From a virus (Duplodnaviria; Caudoviricetes), in the IMG/VR virus record IMGVR_UViG_3300008110_000430, positions 1-28,435 of that record: 28,435 nucleotides of DNA. One strand, written 5' to 3'. This document shows, one piece after another, positions 1 to 7,996 of this stretch (its first letter is position 1; each line of letters opens with the position of its first letter). A model generated the notes under the pieces. That model was given only the letters and a program-made list of their open reading frames with translations. It had not been told where the DNA came from and ran no database searches. The position numbers and the translations under genes are program-made.

Positions 1-306
1 TTCAAAATCTATGAAAAATTAAAACCTTCTATTGATAAATATCAGGAAGGTATTGAAGAGATTAGATTGGATAATGCATCTGTAGATGATAAAGGTAATT
101 TAATTACAGATGAAAAAAGTGGTTATAAGTTTACTAAGGATGCTGCAAAAAAGATTAATCAAAAACTCAAAGAACTTAACGAAAAAGAAATTGAATTTAA
201 ACCTATTGAGGTACTCAACCCAGAAGGTTTAGAAATTCATGTGTATTTGCAGGGATGGTTAACAGGAGTTGAATTTAAGCAAGATGAGGAATCTGTTGAT
301 CTGTAG
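1..306 (+). CDS. Hypothetical phage protein, 5'-truncated
   Basis: Frame open from base 1 (FKIYEKLKPSIDKYQEGIEEIRLDNAS...) to TAG at 306. Confidence 0.7.
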   Translation, partial: FKIYEKLKPSIDKYQEGIEEIRLDNASVDDKGNLITDEKSGYKFTKDAAKKINQKLKELNEKEIEFKPIEVLNPEGLEIHVYLQGWLTGVEFKQDEESVDL

Positions 307-766
307 TCTGTTTTTAACAGGATGCCTTTCTGAAAGAAAACTTGCGGAAACCTGTGCAGAAAAATTCCCTGTTAAAGAGGAAATAAAAGAGGTTTTAATT
401 ATTGATACAGTACAATCTTTACCAGATACTGTTGTAATTCATTTTAAGGACTCAAATTTCACTTTTGTCTGCCCTCCTGTACAAACTATCACCAAAACAA
501 AAGAGGTCATTAAAACGCAGGAAAATACTGCTAAAATTGAATCTTTAAAAAAGGCACATCAAAAAGAGATGGAAAGCTATATTAAGGACTTTGAGATGCA
601 TGAAGAAAAGCATAATAAAGAGATTGAGAAATTAAAGAAAGATTTAATCAGCTCTGAGGAAAAGGTGGAAAGCCTGAGGAAATTTAAACGATGGTTTTAT
701 ATTTTAGTGTTAGGTTTAATTGCTTACTTTGCAATTCGTAATAGGTGGTTAAGATTCCCTCTGTAA
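284..766 (+). CDS. Lipoprotein with C-terminal TM helix, unimolecular spanin-like
   Basis: ATG 284 gives MRNLLICSLFLTG-C (lipobox LTGC), then coiled coil, then WFYILVLGLIAYFAI and a basic tail. Confidence 0.65.
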   Translation: MRNLLICSLFLTGCLSERKLAETCAEKFPVKEEIKEVLIIDTVQSLPDTVVIHFKDSNFTFVCPPVQTITKTKEVIKTQENTAKIESLKKAHQKEMESYIKDFEMHEEKHNKEIEKLKKDLISSEEKVESLRKFKRWFYILVLGLIAYFAIRNRWLRFPL

Positions 767-786
767 GTACAGGGGGTTTCTTTTTT
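757..786 (+). terminator. Rho-independent terminator
   Basis: CCCTCTGT-aagt-ACAGGGGG stem-loop followed by TTTCTTTTTT. Confidence 0.75.
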
Positions 787-963
787 AAAGTGTAATCTGT
801 TGCACTTTATTCGCAATTATGCCGAATTAACCATGAAAATTCAACATAAAGTGTTATAAAATGCACATTAATTCGACTTATTATCCTTTATAATATACAT
901 TGTAGCTCATATTTCCTATTTTTTGAGCTACAAATGAGCCGAATATGAGCCACAATCGGCTCA
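786..963. repeat. Array of adjacent inverted repeats in non-coding DNA
   Basis: TAAAGTGTAA/TTGCACTTTA (786-809), ATTCG/CGAAT (809-827), TATTAT/ATAATA (879-895), TTGTAGCTCA/TGAGCTACAA (900-933), TGAGCCGA/TCGGCTCA (935-963). Confidence 0.8.
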
Positions 964-971
964 AAATAAAT

Positions 972-1020
972 TTTGCAGATTATAAAAAAGGGTTTATATT
1001 TGAAATCTAAACCACTTATT
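972..1020 (+). promoter_or_regulatory. Bacteroidota primary-sigma promoter plus AAACCACTTATT leader motif
   Basis: TTTG 972-975, 19-nt spacer, TATATTTG 995-1002; AAACCACTTATT directly before ATG 1021. Confidence 0.8.
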
Positions 1021-1278
1021 ATGCAACTCAAACACATCAAATCAGATGTTTATCATCTTATAGGAGGTGATTACATCAACTGTTTCCTAACAGAACGAGA
1101 ACTTCTCAGATTAATTAAAGACAATGACATTGCCTATGTTTACAAAACTCCAATAGGATATTTTGTAGATCATGATCTTGGGCAACTTCCGTTTCATCAT
1201 TACCTGAAAGTTATTTCACAAAATGCATTGGACTCTCTTTGTATCATCTTAAACAATAGCATATATGAAAACCAATAG
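1021..1278 (+). CDS. Hypothetical early protein
   Basis: ATG 1021 follows the promoter and leader motif; preferred over the TTG start in the ORF track. Confidence 0.75.
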   Translation: MQLKHIKSDVYHLIGGDYINCFLTERELLRLIKDNDIAYVYKTPIGYFVDHDLGQLPFHHYLKVISQNALDSLCIILNNSIYENQ

Positions 1279-1465
1279 ACTTTACATTCCTGTTTCAGCA
1301 CAGGAATATATTCAAAATCAATTTAAAGATAAAGTTACATTTGAAGTGCAAACAGAAAATACTGTTGCTGCTATATTTGAACATGAATTAAATTCATTGG
1401 ATATAACAGACATATTTTTTGCAGGTGCTTATTGGGGAATTAATAAATCACTTAAAACAACATAA
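1265..1465 (+). CDS. Hypothetical protein
   Basis: 66-aa ORF tightly coupled to both neighbours. Confidence 0.7.
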   Translation: MKTNRLYIPVSAQEYIQNQFKDKVTFEVQTENTVAAIFEHELNSLDITDIFFAGAYWGINKSLKTT

Positions 1466-1466
1466 A

Positions 1467-2060
1467 ATGAACACAGTAAAAATCAAAGGCAAGGACTATG
1501 TACCTGTCCACGAAAGAATCAAATGGCTCAATGAAAATTATGAGTACAACATTCAATCAGATTATCAGTATTATCCAGAACGTAAAATGTGGGTTGTAAA
1601 AGCAACTCTAACCATTCATGGAGCTGAGAGAGATTACATTTATACAGGACTTGCACAGGAAATTGAATCAGACAATTACAGAGAAGTTAATCATACATCT
1701 GCTCTGGAAAATGCAGAAACATCTGCTGTAGGCAGAGCCTGTGCAATGGCTAATATCGGAATTGATACAGGCATTGCATCTGCTGATGAAGTCCAGAAGG
1801 CAGTTAATAGAGTTGAGGAAATAGACGAGGAAGGCAGAATGTATTTGCTAACTCTTTTAGAAACTACAACATATGAGGAAAGACAAAAGGAGCAATTGGC
1901 AGTCAGGATTAGCAGCATTAAAACAAAGGCTGAATATGAAAAGGCTCTGATTAACCTTAACATGAATCAGATTCAAGATCAGGACAGAATCAGCATGGGT
2001 TTAAATTACTCACAATCAGATATTAAAAAAACTTTAAAGAATGTTAGAGAAGTACAATGA
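1467..2060 (+). CDS. Rad52/Sak-like single-strand annealing protein (putative)
   Basis: IKGKDYVPVHERI and SALENAETSAVGRA motifs resemble Rad52-like phage recombinases; ATG 1467. Confidence 0.6.
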   Translation: MNTVKIKGKDYVPVHERIKWLNENYEYNIQSDYQYYPERKMWVVKATLTIHGAERDYIYTGLAQEIESDNYREVNHTSALENAETSAVGRACAMANIGIDTGIASADEVQKAVNRVEEIDEEGRMYLLTLLETTTYEERQKEQLAVRISSIKTKAEYEKALINLNMNQIQDQDRISMGLNYSQSDIKKTLKNVREVQ

Positions 2061-2406
2061 GCACTACCAAAGGATGATCAAATATCTTGAGCAGCCTATG
2101 CCAAAAGAAATTGAGGAACTTATTGATAGATTAAATAACCTGACAATTTTAATGACAAGATCAGGGCAGTACCTGACTGAATGCCAATATAAAATTGATG
2201 AAGTTGTAGATATCGAATGTAAAGTCAACCTTGAACTATTGGATAAATTCTCAGCATCAACCTTTAATATGATGATAAAGGCTAAGGCAAAGGATTGGAA
2301 TAGGCTAAAAACAGGATTTGAAAGATGCAACTCAGCATCTGTTCACCAGATAGATGCCATCAGAACTTTAATCTCTTACGAAAAAGCAAAAATGCAAATA
2401 TTATGA
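2041..2406 (+). CDS. Hypothetical helical protein
   Basis: 121-aa ORF overlapping the upstream stop; ends IRTLISYEK. Confidence 0.7.
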   Translation: MLEKYNEHYQRMIKYLEQPMPKEIEELIDRLNNLTILMTRSGQYLTECQYKIDEVVDIECKVNLELLDKFSASTFNMMIKAKAKDWNRLKTGFERCNSASVHQIDAIRTLISYEKAKMQIL

Positions 2407-2603
2407 ACTCTTATCAGCAACTCCCCCCACAGGAAAGAATGGTCATTGTTGCTAAAATCTACCATCATATCTGGTATTCAGAAGATAGATTTCAGGAATT
2501 GATGACTACATTAGACAATTGGGATATGAACCCAACAAAGGAAGCTAAATTTTTAAATCAAATAACAGATGGATCAGAACTCACAGAAACCGAACTTCGC
2601 TAA
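2403..2603 (+). CDS. Hypothetical protein
   Basis: ATGA overlap with the previous stop at 2403-2406. Confidence 0.65.
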   Translation: MNSYQQLPPQERMVIVAKIYHHIWYSEDRFQELMTTLDNWDMNPTKEAKFLNQITDGSELTETELR

Positions 2604-2784
2604 GGGTATTTACTTGACAAAGAAACAAGGCAAAAAAGGAGAATTTCTTGAACTTGCTTTTAAAGATGGTGACTCATATAAAAAATATGTTTGTTTCCAG
2701 AGCAGTAAAAAGGATAAATACGGAAATGATTTCTATGTAATTTATGAAAAAACAAAAGAGGCAAAGGAGGACTTACCATTTTGA
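2569..2784 (+). CDS. Small ssDNA-binding-like protein
   Basis: Basic/aromatic beta-rich core and acidic EDLPF C-terminus typical of SSBs; in the recombination module. Confidence 0.5.
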   Translation: MDQNSQKPNFAKGIYLTKKQGKKGEFLELAFKDGDSYKKYVCFQSSKKDKYGNDFYVIYEKTKEAKEDLPF

Positions 2785-3206
2785 AACAAGAACAAAATAT
2801 TACGAGATTATCTATACAAACTCTCATTAAAGATCACTACGAAATGATTAGCAAACTTGAAAAATTGCTTGATCAGTTTCCTGTGATTGAAAGAGTTGCA
2901 AGGCATAAACGCAGACCTGCAGATGAAATTATATCAATCGTTAATGAGGTATTTAATACTAATTGTCAGGAAGCATCCAGAAGGCAAAGAGTAAAGGATG
3001 CGAGGCATTGTGCAGTTTACTTTTTAAGGCAATATACAGACTTAACTTTAAAGGATATAGGTGAGCACGTTAGTACAGGAGCACATCATACAACTGTCCT
3101 GCACAGTATTAAGACCTGCAAAAATTTAGTTGATGTTGATGAATTGTTTGCTGAAAAATTCAGTCAGGCAAAAATATTAATAGATTCTAAGTTGCAATTG
3201 ATATAA
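2781..3206 (+). CDS. DnaA C-terminal (domain IV)-like HTH protein
   Basis: DARHCAVYFLRQYTDLTLKDIG...HHTTVLHSIKT matches the DnaA domain IV pattern (DHTTVLHA). Confidence 0.8.
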   Translation: MKQEQNITRLSIQTLIKDHYEMISKLEKLLDQFPVIERVARHKRRPADEIISIVNEVFNTNCQEASRRQRVKDARHCAVYFLRQYTDLTLKDIGEHVSTGAHHTTVLHSIKTCKNLVDVDELFAEKFSQAKILIDSKLQLI

Positions 3207-3221
3207 ATATTTGTATATTTG
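3191..3221 (+). promoter_or_regulatory. Bacteroidota-type promoter for the replication initiator
   Basis: GTTG 3191-3194, 19-nt spacer, TATATTTG 3214-3221. Confidence 0.6.
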
Positions 3222-3223
3222 TG

Positions 3224-3303
3224 GTATGAAGGAGGCAGCCTTCTATATGAACATACTCACTTCCCTGATGGGTGCGGAACTGCCTTTCCAATCCCTTCAG
3301 GGA
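3224..3303 (+). ncRNA. Putative structured 5' leader with a kissing-loop pair
   Basis: Hairpin GAAGG-AGGCAG-CCTTC, and long stem TCCCTGATGGG/CCCTTCAGGGA enclosing GGAA-CTGCCT-TTCC; the two 6-nt loops are exact reverse complements. Confidence 0.6.
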
Positions 3304-3313
3304 TTTTAAATTT

Positions 3314-3985
3314 ATGGCAAAAGATCCTGCAGTATTATTTTATACAAGTGATTTTCTTAGCGGTACATTCTCAATGACTAATGATGAGGTAGGTATGTAC
3401 ATTAGATTACTATGTTTACAACATCAAAAAGGTAAGCTAACAGAAAAGGATATGCTAAGCATATGTAAAGCATATGTACAAGATGTATATGAAAAATTTG
3501 ATTTAATAGATGGTCATTATGTAAATAAGAGAATGCATGATGAATCAGAAAAGAGGTCAAATTATACAAATTCGAGGAGAAATAATGCAAAAACTAAGCA
3601 TATGCCTGAGCATATGCAACAGCATATGCCTAAGCATATGGAAAATGAAAATGAAAATACAAATGAAAATATAAATAGAAATAAAAAGAATGTAAAACCT
3701 ACAATTTCAGAAGTTGAAGATTACTTTCTTGAAAAAGGAAGTACAGTTGAAAAAGCAAAACAAGCATTTGAATATTATGAAACTGCTAATTGGCATGATT
3801 CAAAAGGTAAGCCTGTAAAAAATTGGAAACAAAAAATGTTGGCGGTTTGGATTAATAACTCTAATTTTAACAATAACTTTAAATCACCTAAAACGAAAAT
3901 TGAGAAATATGCAGAATGGTATAACAAACTCACAGCTAATCTCAGCAGCGAAAAAGACAACGAGGTTAGCGGATTCATCAACTGA
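3314..3985 (+). CDS. Phage replication initiator (YdaU/DUF1376-like N-terminus)
   Basis: MAKDPAVLFYTSDFLSGT...GMYIRLLCLQHQKG; low-complexity middle; PTISEVEDYF...FEYYETANW...VKNWK C-terminal domain; internal repeats. Confidence 0.7.
   Translation: MAKDPAVLFYTSDFLSGTFSMTNDEVGMYIRLLCLQHQKGKLTEKDMLSICKAYVQDVYEKFDLIDGHYVNKRMHDESEKRSNYTNSRRNNAKTKHMPEHMQQHMPKHMENENENTNENINRNKKNVKPTISEVEDYFLEKGSTVEKAKQAFEYYETANWHDSKGKPVKNWKQKMLAVWINNSNFNNNFKSPKTKIEKYAEWYNKLTANLSSEKDNEVSGFIN
3458..3688 (+). repeat. Iteron-like repeats plus A-rich tract (putative origin)
   Basis: AGCATATG at 3458, 3469, 3597, 3609, 3621, 3633, then GAAAAT-type repeats from 3641. Confidence 0.7.
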
Positions 3986-4580
3986 GGAAATTTATGAAAT
4001 CCTAACACAGTCAATGATCCTTTTGGGAATTAAGGATGATAGGCTGCCTTCTGAATTTGAAATGAAGTACATGGCAAGAATGATGAAAGTTGATTATGCT
4101 AACTTACCAATAGGAGAGTTTAAATTAGCATTTGATCTGATGATAAAAAACAAGTTGGATGAAAACCCTGAAACATATCAGAACTTTTCAGCATTGTATC
4201 TTTCCAGATTAATGACATCATATGCGAGGTGGGCATATAAAAACTACATAGGAGAGAAACCAGAACCTGCAAAACAAATAGCTGCTCCACAGATATCTGA
4301 TGATGAAATACTTAATACAAGTTTGGAGATATACAAAAAGCATAAAGATTGGAATCATATTTTTATGGGTTTAAAATGCTTTAATATTATCCACAAAAGA
4401 GGAATAGTTACTGACTTTGAAGGTACTTTAAAAAGAACAGAGGAGGCAATTAGAAAACAATATCAATATGCATCCCACAAAGAAAGAAAAGAAATGAATG
4501 AATTTTTAGAAGATGATGAACAGATGGAGTTAGCCTGTAGGAGAATGGCAGTTGCTGAATATTTCAATAAATTAATCTAA
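3909..4580 (+). CDS. Hypothetical replication-associated protein (helicase-loader position)
   Basis: Long ORF overlapping the initiator end; function inferred from position only. Confidence 0.6.
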   Translation: MQNGITNSQLISAAKKTTRLADSSTEEIYEILTQSMILLGIKDDRLPSEFEMKYMARMMKVDYANLPIGEFKLAFDLMIKNKLDENPETYQNFSALYLSRLMTSYARWAYKNYIGEKPEPAKQIAAPQISDDEILNTSLEIYKKHKDWNHIFMGLKCFNIIHKRGIVTDFEGTLKRTEEAIRKQYQYASHKERKEMNEFLEDDEQMELACRRMAVAEYFNKLI

Positions 4581-4584
4581 CTTT

Positions 4585-4821
4585 ATGAAGTGTAAACATT
4601 GTTTTAAATTTTATACAGTTACGATTCATAATGGCAAAACAGGTAAAACAGACTGCCCACATTGCGGAATCATCCAAAGAACTGACTGCATCAGACCTTA
4701 CAAAATGGGCGAAGGCAGAAGGGGAAAGATTGGGTATGAGGTTGAACAGAGTCAACAATATACCTGTCAGGAGGCGAAAAGGAACAATAGAGAAAGGATG
4801 GGCAGACTTGCAAGGGTATAA
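4585..4821 (+). CDS. Small zinc-ribbon protein (overlaps VRR-NUC gene)
   Basis: CKHC-x17-CPHC; ATG begins 5 nt after the upstream stop. Confidence 0.45.
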   Translation: MKCKHCFKFYTVTIHNGKTGKTDCPHCGIIQRTDCIRPYKMGEGRRGKIGYEVEQSQQYTCQEAKRNNRERMGRLARV

Positions 4822-4990
4822 CCAATTAGGATTATATGTTGCAATAGAGGTTAAAAAAATAGGGGATAGATTAAGCAAAGAACAAATTGAAAGACTGAAC
4901 GATGTTATTGATTGCGGAGGGATAGCATACATATGTACACAGCAAGGTAAAAATCCAATTTTGATCAAATGGACAAAAACGGAATCTTAA
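4631..4990 (+). CDS. VRR-NUC family nuclease / resolvase
   Basis: KGWADLQGY...AIEVKKIGDRLSKEQIERL is the PD-(D/E)xK VRR-NUC signature. Confidence 0.8.
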   Translation: MAKQVKQTAHIAESSKELTASDLTKWAKAEGERLGMRLNRVNNIPVRRRKGTIEKGWADLQGYNQLGLYVAIEVKKIGDRLSKEQIERLNDVIDCGGIAYICTQQGKNPILIKWTKTES

Positions 4991-5451
4991 CTGAGCTGTG
5001 GAATAGCGATGAGGTGAATCAGGCTATTAAGAAAATGCACCCTGTAGAGTTGCAGGATGATTTGAAAAGTGAAGTATTTCTGATTTTGGCTGAACTTGAA
5101 GATCAGAAAGTTATTGAGTTGTATGAAAGAAAACAGATCAGATTTTACATGGTAAGAATCATGCTGAATCTGGTTCAGTCAACTGATAAAAAGTTCTTTA
5201 AAAAATACAGGGATTTTGTAGAGTGGCATCCAATAGAAAAGATTGATGAACAGGAGGTTGATGTTTCAGAAAATGTTATGCAGCATATTGAGGGATTATA
5301 TTGGTATCAAAAGGAAATATTAAGGCTCTATGCTTTTGAGTTCAAATGTAACGCAAAGGAGTTGAGCAGACAGACAGGGATTCCATATATGAGCATAATA
5401 AGAACTTTAAACCAGACTAAAAACGAATTAAAAAAACTTATAAGAAAATGA
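4969..5451 (+). CDS. Phage-encoded ECF-type RNA polymerase sigma factor
   Basis: Region-2-like DDLKSEVFLIL and region-4 HTH AKELSRQTGIPYMSIIRTL; located just before late genes. Confidence 0.7.
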   Translation: MDKNGILTELWNSDEVNQAIKKMHPVELQDDLKSEVFLILAELEDQKVIELYERKQIRFYMVRIMLNLVQSTDKKFFKKYRDFVEWHPIEKIDEQEVDVSENVMQHIEGLYWYQKEILRLYAFEFKCNAKELSRQTGIPYMSIIRTLNQTKNELKKLIRK

Positions 5452-5594
5452 TAATTATTGCAGCTTTAATGTTTTCAATATTCTTTGTTGAAATACATAG
5501 ATTTGATCAATTTGGAGGAACATATAGGAAATTTCCATACAGTCCAAAATGGGTATGTAAGAAATTTAGATATTCAACTACTAAATATGTATGA
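5448..5594 (+). CDS. Small ORF with hydrophobic N-terminus (possibly truncated)
   Basis: ATGA overlap with sigma stop; MIIIAALMFSIFFVEIHRF..., 48 aa; not in ORF track. Confidence 0.4.
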   Translation: MIIIAALMFSIFFVEIHRFDQFGGTYRKFPYSPKWVCKKFRYSTTKYV

Positions 5595-5790
5595 ACATAT
5601 TTATAAACTCTATCTTGATCCAAACTTTGTTTTGACTAAATGGTGCAGCAGTTGCGTTATGGATATGCTCAAAAGACTATATAGTTATTATCTAAGTTTG
5701 CCACAGGAGCAGGTTCAAGATTTGCCAATTGTACAATCTGATGTACAGGAAGTTATACAACCTAAAAAGAAAGGCAGACCAAAGAAATGA
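5485..5790 (+). CDS. Hypothetical protein, start uncertain
   Basis: WCSSC motif and KKKGRPKK tail; stop coupled to the next ATG; no upstream ATG. Confidence 0.6.
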   Translation: MLKYIDLINLEEHIGNFHTVQNGYVRNLDIQLLNMYEHIYKLYLDPNFVLTKWCSSCVMDMLKRLYSYYLSLPQEQVQDLPIVQSDVQEVIQPKKKGRPKK

Positions 5791-6779
5791 GAATACTTGC
5801 AATAACCTCAAAGTTTTCAGGTGTAGGATATCACAGAATCATGCTGCCTTTGGTGCATATGCAGAAAGATTATTGTTTGGTAACTGACACACTAAGTGAG
5901 GAAATAGTTAGTCAGGGATTTGATATATTCGTTATGAATAGGTTCTTGGCTGATATAAGTATTCAGCAGATAATTGATTGGCGAAATAAATATGGTTTTA
6001 AATTAGTGGTTGACAATGATGATTATTGGCAACTTGATCCAACTCATATACTATACAATAGATACGAGGCAAATAATATAACTGATAAAATAATACAATA
6101 CATAAAGATTGCAGACCTATGTACCTGTACACATGAAAGACTTGCAGATGGTATTTATCAATACAATCAGAATGTAGAAATTTTGCCCAATGCTTTACCA
6201 TATGGAGAGGAGCAGTTTCTTGATAATAAAATCGAATCTGATAAACTTAGGTTGTTCTGGTCAGGATCAGGAACACATGAAAAGGATTTAAAGATCATTA
6301 AAGAACCTGTAAAGAGATTAATTGGTGATAATGTAAAAATGGTCATTGCAGGTTATAATGAAAGCGAAGGCGAAGTCTGGAATAATATGTACTATTATTT
6401 CTCAGCAGGTAGGAAACTTGACACTCACATTTACAGATATGCACCAATTGAGAGATATATGGCTGCCTATGCAGATTCTGACGTTAGTTTGATTCCTTTG
6501 GTTGAGTCAAAGTTTAACGGAATGAAAAGCAATCTAAAGGTTTTGGAAACTGCAGCAAAGAAAAATCCTGCTATAGTATCTGATGTTGATCCTTATAAAA
6601 ACCTGCCTGTCTTATACGTTAAAAAACAATCTGATTGGTATAAGCATATAAAGAATTTGTTAAACGATCCACAGATGCGAGTGGAGTTAGGGCAGCAGCT
6701 TTTTGAATACTGCCAAAAGAATTACAATTTCAAAGAGATAAATATTAAAAGAAACAGCATTTATAGTAAACTGATCTAA
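5787..6779 (+). CDS. GT-B fold glycosyltransferase (GT4-like)
   Basis: MRILAI N-terminus, VVDNDDYW, LPNALP, DVSLIPL...KSNLKVLE...PAIVSDV. Confidence 0.8.
   Translation: MRILAITSKFSGVGYHRIMLPLVHMQKDYCLVTDTLSEEIVSQGFDIFVMNRFLADISIQQIIDWRNKYGFKLVVDNDDYWQLDPTHILYNRYEANNITDKIIQYIKIADLCTCTHERLADGIYQYNQNVEILPNALPYGEEQFLDNKIESDKLRLFWSGSGTHEKDLKIIKEPVKRLIGDNVKMVIAGYNESEGEVWNNMYYYFSAGRKLDTHIYRYAPIERYMAAYADSDVSLIPLVESKFNGMKSNLKVLETAAKKNPAIVSDVDPYKNLPVLYVKKQSDWYKHIKNLLNDPQMRVELGQQLFEYCQKNYNFKEINIKRNSIYSKLI
6737..6765 (+). promoter_or_regulatory. Putative phage late promoter
   Basis: GATAAAT-N14-CATTTATA, same geometry as 14931, 20542 and 25523. Confidence 0.6.
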
Positions 6780-7202
6780 ATGCCTGTTATAAAATGCTCA
6801 AATGGAAAATACAGAATTGGTAACGGATCATGTATTTACGATTCAGAGGAAAAAGCACACAGAGCATGGGCAGCAATCAGGGTTGCAATGGCAGACAGTT
6901 ACAATGACTATCCACAATCCGCAGTTAACGCAGCAAAAAGAGCAATAGATTGGGCAGAAAAAAATGGATGGGGATCATGCCTAACTCCTGTAGGCAAAGC
7001 CAGAGCATACCAATTAGCAAGAAAAGAAAACATAACGAGGGATACGATAGCGAGAATGGCAGCCTTTGCAAGGCATCTGCAGTATAAAGATGTACCATAT
7101 TCGAAAGGTTGCGGAGGTTTGGCTGTTGATGCATGGGGCGGTCAGGCAGGAATTGAATGGGCTCAAAAAAAATTACAAGAAATAAAAGATGGACAAAAAT
7201 AG
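6780..7202 (+). CDS. Conserved phage protein (domain recalled from head-protein fusions)
   Basis: SYNDYP...NAAKRAIDW...TPVGKARAYQLA...TIARMAAFARH...GCGGLAVDAWGG. Confidence 0.7.
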   Translation: MPVIKCSNGKYRIGNGSCIYDSEEKAHRAWAAIRVAMADSYNDYPQSAVNAAKRAIDWAEKNGWGSCLTPVGKARAYQLARKENITRDTIARMAAFARHLQYKDVPYSKGCGGLAVDAWGGQAGIEWAQKKLQEIKDGQK

Positions 7203-7347
7203 TATCGGAATGTGCTTTGCCACAATCCTAACAAATATATTTGCGAATATCACCCTGAGTGAGATGGGTAACATAGTGACAATTGGAGTGGGTTTAACTA
7301 CAATAGTTTATAATCTTTATAAGATTAAAGGCGAAAAAAAGAAATGA
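7189..7347 (+). CDS. Holin-like small membrane protein
   Basis: 52 aa MDKNSIGMCFATILTNIFANITLSEMGNIVTIGVGLTTIVYNLYKIKGEKKK; hydrophobic segments and basic tail; upstream of endolysin; not in ORF track. Confidence 0.6.
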   Translation: MDKNSIGMCFATILTNIFANITLSEMGNIVTIGVGLTTIVYNLYKIKGEKKK

Positions 7348-7529
7348 GGCAATTCTTTACAGAAGATAATAACAGATTGAGCATGAAGCGATTGTGCGGA
7401 TTTCTCTGCACAGTCAGTCTTTGTGCTGAGTTATTTCACAGAGGTGGGGATGTATTAGTTACTTCATTGGCATTTATAGGAGCAGGATTTTTAGGATTAA
7501 CAACAGCAGAAAAAATATTTAAGAAATGA
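7344..7529 (+). CDS. Holin-like two-TM protein
   Basis: SMKRLCGFLCTVSL and LVTSLAFIGAGFLGLT segments, KIFKK tail, ATGA-coupled to endolysin. Confidence 0.6.
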   Translation: MRQFFTEDNNRLSMKRLCGFLCTVSLCAELFHRGGDVLVTSLAFIGAGFLGLTTAEKIFKK

Positions 7530-7996
7530 AACTCAGCGAACATTTAGAATTAGCTGAGGTCATTAGATCAGAATCAGCTAAGAGAAGAGGCATTTCAAAT
7601 ATGCCAACTGAGGAACATATTGCTAACCTTAAAAAGTTGGCAGAAAATGTTTTTGAACCTATTCGATCAAATTTTAGACAACCTATCAGGATTAGTTCAG
7701 GTTATAGAAGTCAATCATTGAATGCAGCTATTGGAGGTGCAACAAAATCACAGCATAGTACAGGTGAGGCGATTGATATAGATATGCAAGGCACACAATT
7801 AAGTAATAAAGAAATATTTAATTTTATAAAAGAAAAACTTAACTTTGATCAGCTTATTTACGAATTTGGAAATAATACTGAACCTGATTGGGTTCATGTT
7901 AGTTACAAATCAAATGGGCAGCAGAGGAAACAGATTTTGAGAGCCATTAAAGAGAATGGCAAAACAAAATACATTCCATATGCCGACAAAACGTAG
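7526..7996 (+). CDS. Endolysin, peptidase M15 family zinc peptidase
   Basis: SSGYRS..LN.AIGGA..SQH..GEAID and WVHVSY motifs. Confidence 0.85.
   Translation: MKLSEHLELAEVIRSESAKRRGISNMPTEEHIANLKKLAENVFEPIRSNFRQPIRISSGYRSQSLNAAIGGATKSQHSTGEAIDIDMQGTQLSNKEIFNFIKEKLNFDQLIYEFGNNTEPDWVHVSYKSNGQQRKQILRAIKENGKTKYIPYADKT

Noticed and set aside
786-963. Possible CRISPR array or tRNA
   Set aside because: No constant direct repeat with spacers and no cloverleaf or T-loop signature
2781-3206. Host dnaA gene
   Set aside because: Only the C-terminal HTH is present; no AAA+ domain
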